A stretch of DNA of 64,000 bases from Candidatus Oxydemutatoraceae bacterium (GTDB lineage Bacteria; Pseudomonadota; Gammaproteobacteria; Poriferisulfidales; Oxydemutatoraceae). This document shows positions 59,945 through 64,000 of the stretch, one piece after another; within the stretch, counting starts at the first letter, position 1; every line of letters starts with the position of its first letter. The notes under the pieces were generated by a model. That model was not told the origin of the DNA and made no database searches. It saw only the letters and a program-made list of their open reading frames with translations. The position numbers were made by a program, and so were the translations under genes. The DNA lies in NCBI GenBank assembly GCA_965219575.1, contig OZ244779.1, positions 1,068,769 to 1,132,768 of the forward strand, given 5' to 3'.

Positions 59945-61714
59945 TTATAGCGGGGCATCGCCCGTTCGGTGGAGCGAGTGATGTTTCTCTTCTTGTGCTT
60001 TAGGTGAATAAAGTTCAGCCGACACTTTGGCCGCATCCAGTTTGGCAACGATAACTTTGTTCATCATGCCCGACATCATGTGATACAAAAGATGACAATG
60101 AAATGCCCATTCGCCGGCTTCGTCTGCGGTGAGCAGTGCCGAATAGGTATCCCCCGGTGCCACATTCACGGTATGCTTGTTAGGGAGTTTGGATATCGGC
60201 TGTCCGTTTTCCAACTGCACGAACATACCGTGCAGATGCATCGGATGCGCCATCATCGTATCGTTGATAAAGGTCAAGCGGACGCGTTCGCCGTGTTCCA
60301 AGTTTATCGGTCCGGAGTCTTCATATTTCTTGCCGTTCAGTGTCCATATATAACGCTCCATATTGCCGCCCAAGCGCACGATAATTTCCCGTCCCGGCAA
60401 TCGCTGATCCTTTTGAACACCGTAATAGCGTAGGTCTTTATATGTCAATGCCTTATGTCCTTCGGGTGTATCTGCATCGGCCCATCCACTGCCCGGTGTA
60501 CCGGTATCGAAGTCGTCGCCCGGCGGATGATACATGTCGTGCTCCTGATGTGATTCGTGTTCTGCGTGATCCATGTTTGTCGCAGAGTGTTCGCTATGAT
60601 TCATATCTGTCATATCGTGTTGGCTATGATCCATACCGGACATGTGATGCATCTTATGCGCCACGCCCATATCCGCCATCGTCAGTGTTGCGCGTTTGCG
60701 TTGACGAGGCGGTTCTCCGCGCATTCCCTCGCGAGGTGCTAAAGTGGCTAGTGCGAAACCGGTTCTATCAATCGGTTCGGCAACAATCGTATAAGCCTTA
60801 TCTTCCGATGGCTCAACGATTGCATCGTAAGTCTCCGCCACACCGAAGCGGAACTCGTCGACGACCACCGGTTCTATAGGCTGACCGTCGGTAGCGACCA
60901 TCGTCATTTTCAACCCCGGAATCCGTACATCGTAAAAAGACATCGCCGAGGCATTGATAAAGCGTAGCCTAATACGCTCGCCGACCCCGAAAAGCCCTGT
61001 CCAGTTTTGCTCGGGTGTTTTACCGTTGACCAAAAAGGTATAATTGCCGACATCCGTGAGATCGGTCGGCATCATCCGCATCCTGCCCCACATTTTGGCA
61101 TTTTCCCATGCCTTGCCGAAACCTTGCTTCTTTGCATCGGCAAAGAAATCACCGACGGTGCGCCGAACATAAACATAGTATTCGGATGATTTTTTTAGGT
61201 TTGCCATAATCATGTTCGCATCGTCCTCGTGGAAATCGGAGAACAAAATCACATAGTCACGATCCACCTTGATATAATCCTCGTCTTTGGGATGAATGAC
61301 GATAGACCCGTAAAGACCGTCTTGCTCTTGCCCTTTAGAGTGGGCGTGATACCAGTAAGTTCCGCTCTGCCGAATCCTAAAACGATAAGTAAATGTCTCA
61401 CCGGGCTTGATACCCGGGAAACCGTTAAAATCGGGAACACCGTCCATTCGCCCGGGCAACAACACCCCGTGCCAATGAATGGAGGTATACTCGTCCATCG
61501 TATTGCTAACATGAATAACCGCCTCTTCACCCTCGTTGAATTGCAGGGTCGGAGCGGGGATACTTCCGTTGACAGTAACCCGCTCAAGCGGTTTCCCGGT
61601 GATATAAACTTGCGCTTTGGCAACGACTAGGGAATACTCCCGCGTCTCGGCAACGCACGGCAAAGCAACAAGCACCCCTGCTATTACCAACATACTCAAT
61701 AGATATTTAACCAT
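59945..61714 (-). CDS. copA: Copper-resistance multicopper oxidase
   Basis: SIHWHG, GTYWYHAH, HPMHLHG, WAFHCHLLYHM; His/Met-rich insert. Confidence 0.95.
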   Translation of the reverse strand: MVKYLLSMLVIAGVLVALPCVAETREYSLVVAKAQVYITGKPLERVTVNGSIPAPTLQFNEGEEAVIHVSNTMDEYTSIHWHGVLLPGRMDGVPDFNGFPGIKPGETFTYRFRIRQSGTYWYHAHSKGQEQDGLYGSIVIHPKDEDYIKVDRDYVILFSDFHEDDANMIMANLKKSSEYYVYVRRTVGDFFADAKKQGFGKAWENAKMWGRMRMMPTDLTDVGNYTFLVNGKTPEQNWTGLFGVGERIRLRFINASAMSFYDVRIPGLKMTMVATDGQPIEPVVVDEFRFGVAETYDAIVEPSEDKAYTIVAEPIDRTGFALATLAPREGMRGEPPRQRKRATLTMADMGVAHKMHHMSGMDHSQHDMTDMNHSEHSATNMDHAEHESHQEHDMYHPPGDDFDTGTPGSGWADADTPEGHKALTYKDLRYYGVQKDQRLPGREIIVRLGGNMERYIWTLNGKKYEDSGPINLEHGERVRLTFINDTMMAHPMHLHGMFVQLENGQPISKLPNKHTVNVAPGDTYSALLTADEAGEWAFHCHLLYHMMSGMMNKVIVAKLDAAKVSAELYSPKAQEEKHHSLHRTGDAPL

Positions 61715-61819
61715 AATCCAACCTCCGCCGAGTGGTCATAATATAGTGAAAGGGGGAAGTCATCGCAAGCATAGCCATACTTGCTTATTATAGGCTACTT
61801 TCTCAAGCGACGATACCAG

Positions 61820-61910
61820 TGGCGGAGAGAGAGGGATTCGAACCCTCGATACGGGATAACCGTATACACGCTTTCCAAGCGTGCGCCTTCGACCGCTCGG
61901 CCATCTCTCC
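61820..61910 (-). tRNA. tRNA-Ser (anticodon GGA)
   Basis: Reverse complement GGAGAGATGGCCGAGCGG...CTTGGAAAG...long variable arm...GGTTCGAATCC...GCCA. Confidence 0.97.
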
Positions 61911-62010
61911 GCAATCAGAGGCTTATTCTATTACACTTGCACAGCGGTACACGGTTTGTATTTGCCGGTGTATATTCGGTGGGTTGTGCGTATCTATGAA
62001 ATTTGCCGGA

Positions 62011-62847
62011 TTACGGGTCGTAGATACGGCAGATTTTTTCAACGCCCTCGGCGATACGCAGCGACGGTCGCTGTATTAAATCCGACTCTATATAGTGGGT
62101 CGGTATTTCTTCTCCGAATAGATCGGCAATCGTTCCTTTATCTACGCCCGATTCAAAACTATGGAATATATAATCGGGCTTTGATAACAACAGTGCCTCT
62201 CTGCCGAGCCGCACGACTTGCGGCTCTAGATATGCATAGATGTTGGTGCCGCCGCAAAGGCTAATCGCTTTTGATATCCAACTCGTGCGGTTGACGCTGA
62301 GCGTGGGTTTGAGCCATAACAAATAGGCGGTTTTGCGATTGGTCTGCACGGTGCGGCCTAGCGATGTCAGAGTTTGCTCGAATCTATCGGCTAAAGCAGA
62401 TGATTTTTCGGGTTGTCCTATCAATACGCCTATATCTTTCAGTGTGTTTGCGATGTCTTCAAAATCACGCGGCTCGGAGATGTAAAAATCGTAGCCGGTG
62501 TCATTCAATCTCCGAAATACCGGTTGTTTGAGCATCACACCCCAGACGAGGATTAAATCGGGGGCAAGTTTAAGCAGTAATTCACGGTTAAAGGTACGGT
62601 AATCGGCAACGACGGGCAGTTCAAGTGCCTGCGGTGGATAATCGGAATGTTCCGACACGCCGACCAGATACTCGCCACCGCCTGCCGAGTAGACTAACTC
62701 CGTCAGATGCGGTGCCAGTGTGATAATACGGCGCGCCGGATTTTCCAATGAAATCGTTCTTTGCCAATCGTCTACGACGACGATTTTGTTTGCATCAACC
62801 GTCGTGCATAAACCGAGCAGTATAAAGATTATTATTTTACATTTCAT
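62011..62847 (-). CDS. btuF: Cobalamin-binding periplasmic protein
   Basis: RIITLAPHLTELVY..G, VGVSEHSDYP, PDLILVW, CGGTNI, IQRPSLR. Confidence 0.85.
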   Translation of the reverse strand: MKCKIIIFILLGLCTTVDANKIVVVDDWQRTISLENPARRIITLAPHLTELVYSAGGGEYLVGVSEHSDYPPQALELPVVADYRTFNRELLLKLAPDLILVWGVMLKQPVFRRLNDTGYDFYISEPRDFEDIANTLKDIGVLIGQPEKSSALADRFEQTLTSLGRTVQTNRKTAYLLWLKPTLSVNRTSWISKAISLCGGTNIYAYLEPQVVRLGREALLLSKPDYIFHSFESGVDKGTIADLFGEEIPTHYIESDLIQRPSLRIAEGVEKICRIYDP

Positions 62848-62938
62848 GGCTGTTTCGTATTAGTCTGTCTGTGTCGGTGCAAATATACCACTTGATTATG
62901 TTGATGTGTCGGTAGCGCATACATTACAAAATGCGGGG

Positions 62939-63540
62939 ACCACCCCGTCAGGCTGAATAGAACCGCCGATTGAACCAGTAGGTCAATCGGCGTGACTTTG
63001 TTCAGAACCTCAACATGACTACTAAATGCATGCATTGCAAAATGCATAGGCCACCCCTCCAGAGGAGGGGAATGTACCGACGCTATACCTTGTGCAGATA
63101 TTTCTGCAACCACCCCGTCAGGCTAACGCCTGCCACCCCTCCAAAGGAGAGGAATTGACTCGTGCAGACCCTTAGGGGCTGTTGAAAAAGTATCCACGAA
63201 CCGTAGGGGCGGACTTGCATGTCCGCCCGTGACGCGTTGGTCGGCACGATTTATACATTTATTCACCCGATTTATGGAAACCAAAACCATACGGCGCAAG
63301 CGATTACGGCTGTGCAGAACGATACTTTAGGGCAGACACACAGGTCTGCCCCTACGACTTTGTGGTTATCATAATTATGTGGCGCAAGCGGTTACGATCG
63401 TGCAAAACGGTATTTTTCAACAGTCCCCCTTAGCAACCACCCCGTCAGGCTAACGCCTGCCACCCCTCCAAAGGAGGGGAATTGACTCGTGCAGACCCTT
63501 AGCAACCACCTCGTCAGGCTTTTCGCCTGCCACTCCTACA
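62939..63540. repeat. Array of CCCCTCC-family repeats with an IR-bounded REP-doublet element (63175-63427) at one junction
   Basis: ~69-bp units near 63106, 63433, 63502; CCTTA at 63170-63174 and 63428-63432. Confidence 0.93.
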
Positions 63541-63541
63541 G

Positions 63542-64000
63542 TTAAGGTGTCTCGGCTTCGGGTTCCACCGGTGGCGGTGGCACATAAGGCGAGCATCGCT
63601 TTTCTATAAACTTTTTCATTTCCTTTTTTGTAGTCTCAATGCCCACAAGGCTACTATATGTTTTACATAGATAATCGGGTTGTAGCGTCGTATCCCAATT
63701 TTTGGGAGTTCCTATGGGAAGAAAGGTTTCGGGAGGTTGTTCGGGAGGCGATTTCCATGACCATGGGTAGTCAATCACCGTTCCTTTATCTATTACCGCG
63801 TCGGCAAGGTTTGCGGCACTAAAATTCACCGCGAAAAGATTCGCGTCGGAGAAAATCGCATTGCTGAGATTGGTGGCAGTGAAGTCGGTACCGAAAAGAT
63901 TGGCACCACTCAGATCCGCTCCCGATAGATTGGCACCGCTAAGGTTCGCTCTTGATAGATTGGCTCCCGATAAATCCGCGCCGGTGAGGTTTGCATCGTG
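63542..64000 (-). CDS. Pentapeptide-repeat protein (5'-truncated by window)
   Basis: Frame from 64000 reads HDANLTGADLSGANLSRANLSGANLSGADLSGANL... Confidence 0.85.
   Translation of the reverse strand, partial: HDANLTGADLSGANLSRANLSGANLSGADLSGANLFGTDFTATNLSNAIFSDANLFAVNFSAANLADAVIDKGTVIDYPWSWKSPPEQPPETFLPIGTPKNWDTTLQPDYLCKTYSSLVGIETTKKEMKKFIEKRCSPYVPPPPVEPEAETP

Noticed and set aside
12079-63540. CRISPR array interpretation of the recurring boxes
   Set aside because: No regular repeat-spacer period, the 'spacers' recur between loci, and no cas genes are present

Overview
Gammaproteobacterial chromosome segment. Housekeeping backbone: csiV-like gene and mfd, fccAB plus a NapC/NirT cytochrome, ccmABCDEF...GHI, lolE/lolD, DUF2062-comEC, glutaminyl cyclase-gyrA-serC-pheA, mreBCD, a methanofuran/H4MPT-linked C1 cofactor cluster with pabB, copAB, tRNA-Ser(GGA) and btuF. 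The window opens in a giant GLUG/cadherin-like surface protein with five 321-bp repeats. The accessory region at about 49-61.8 kb holds an IS1202-type element interrupting a CI/LexA-like gene, plus Fic, AAA-DUF4143 and a broken mcrBC. The most striking signal is non-coding. About 16 intergenic sites carry a nested repeat system with four modules: (A) GTAG-type REP palindromes, with a RAYT transposase flanked by inverted REPs at 26.1 kb; (B) 250-330 bp elements bounded by GGGGCTGTTGAAAAAGT inverted repeats that contain REP doublets and show 5-bp flanking duplications; (C) a CCCCTCC-N3-GGAGGGG repeat family next to which B inserts; (D) a ~38-bp GCCGATTGA..TCAATCGGC hairpin found in the loops of A and C, with filled, empty, doubled and flipped versions all visible. 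Annotations come from motif recognition by eye; no database searches were run.
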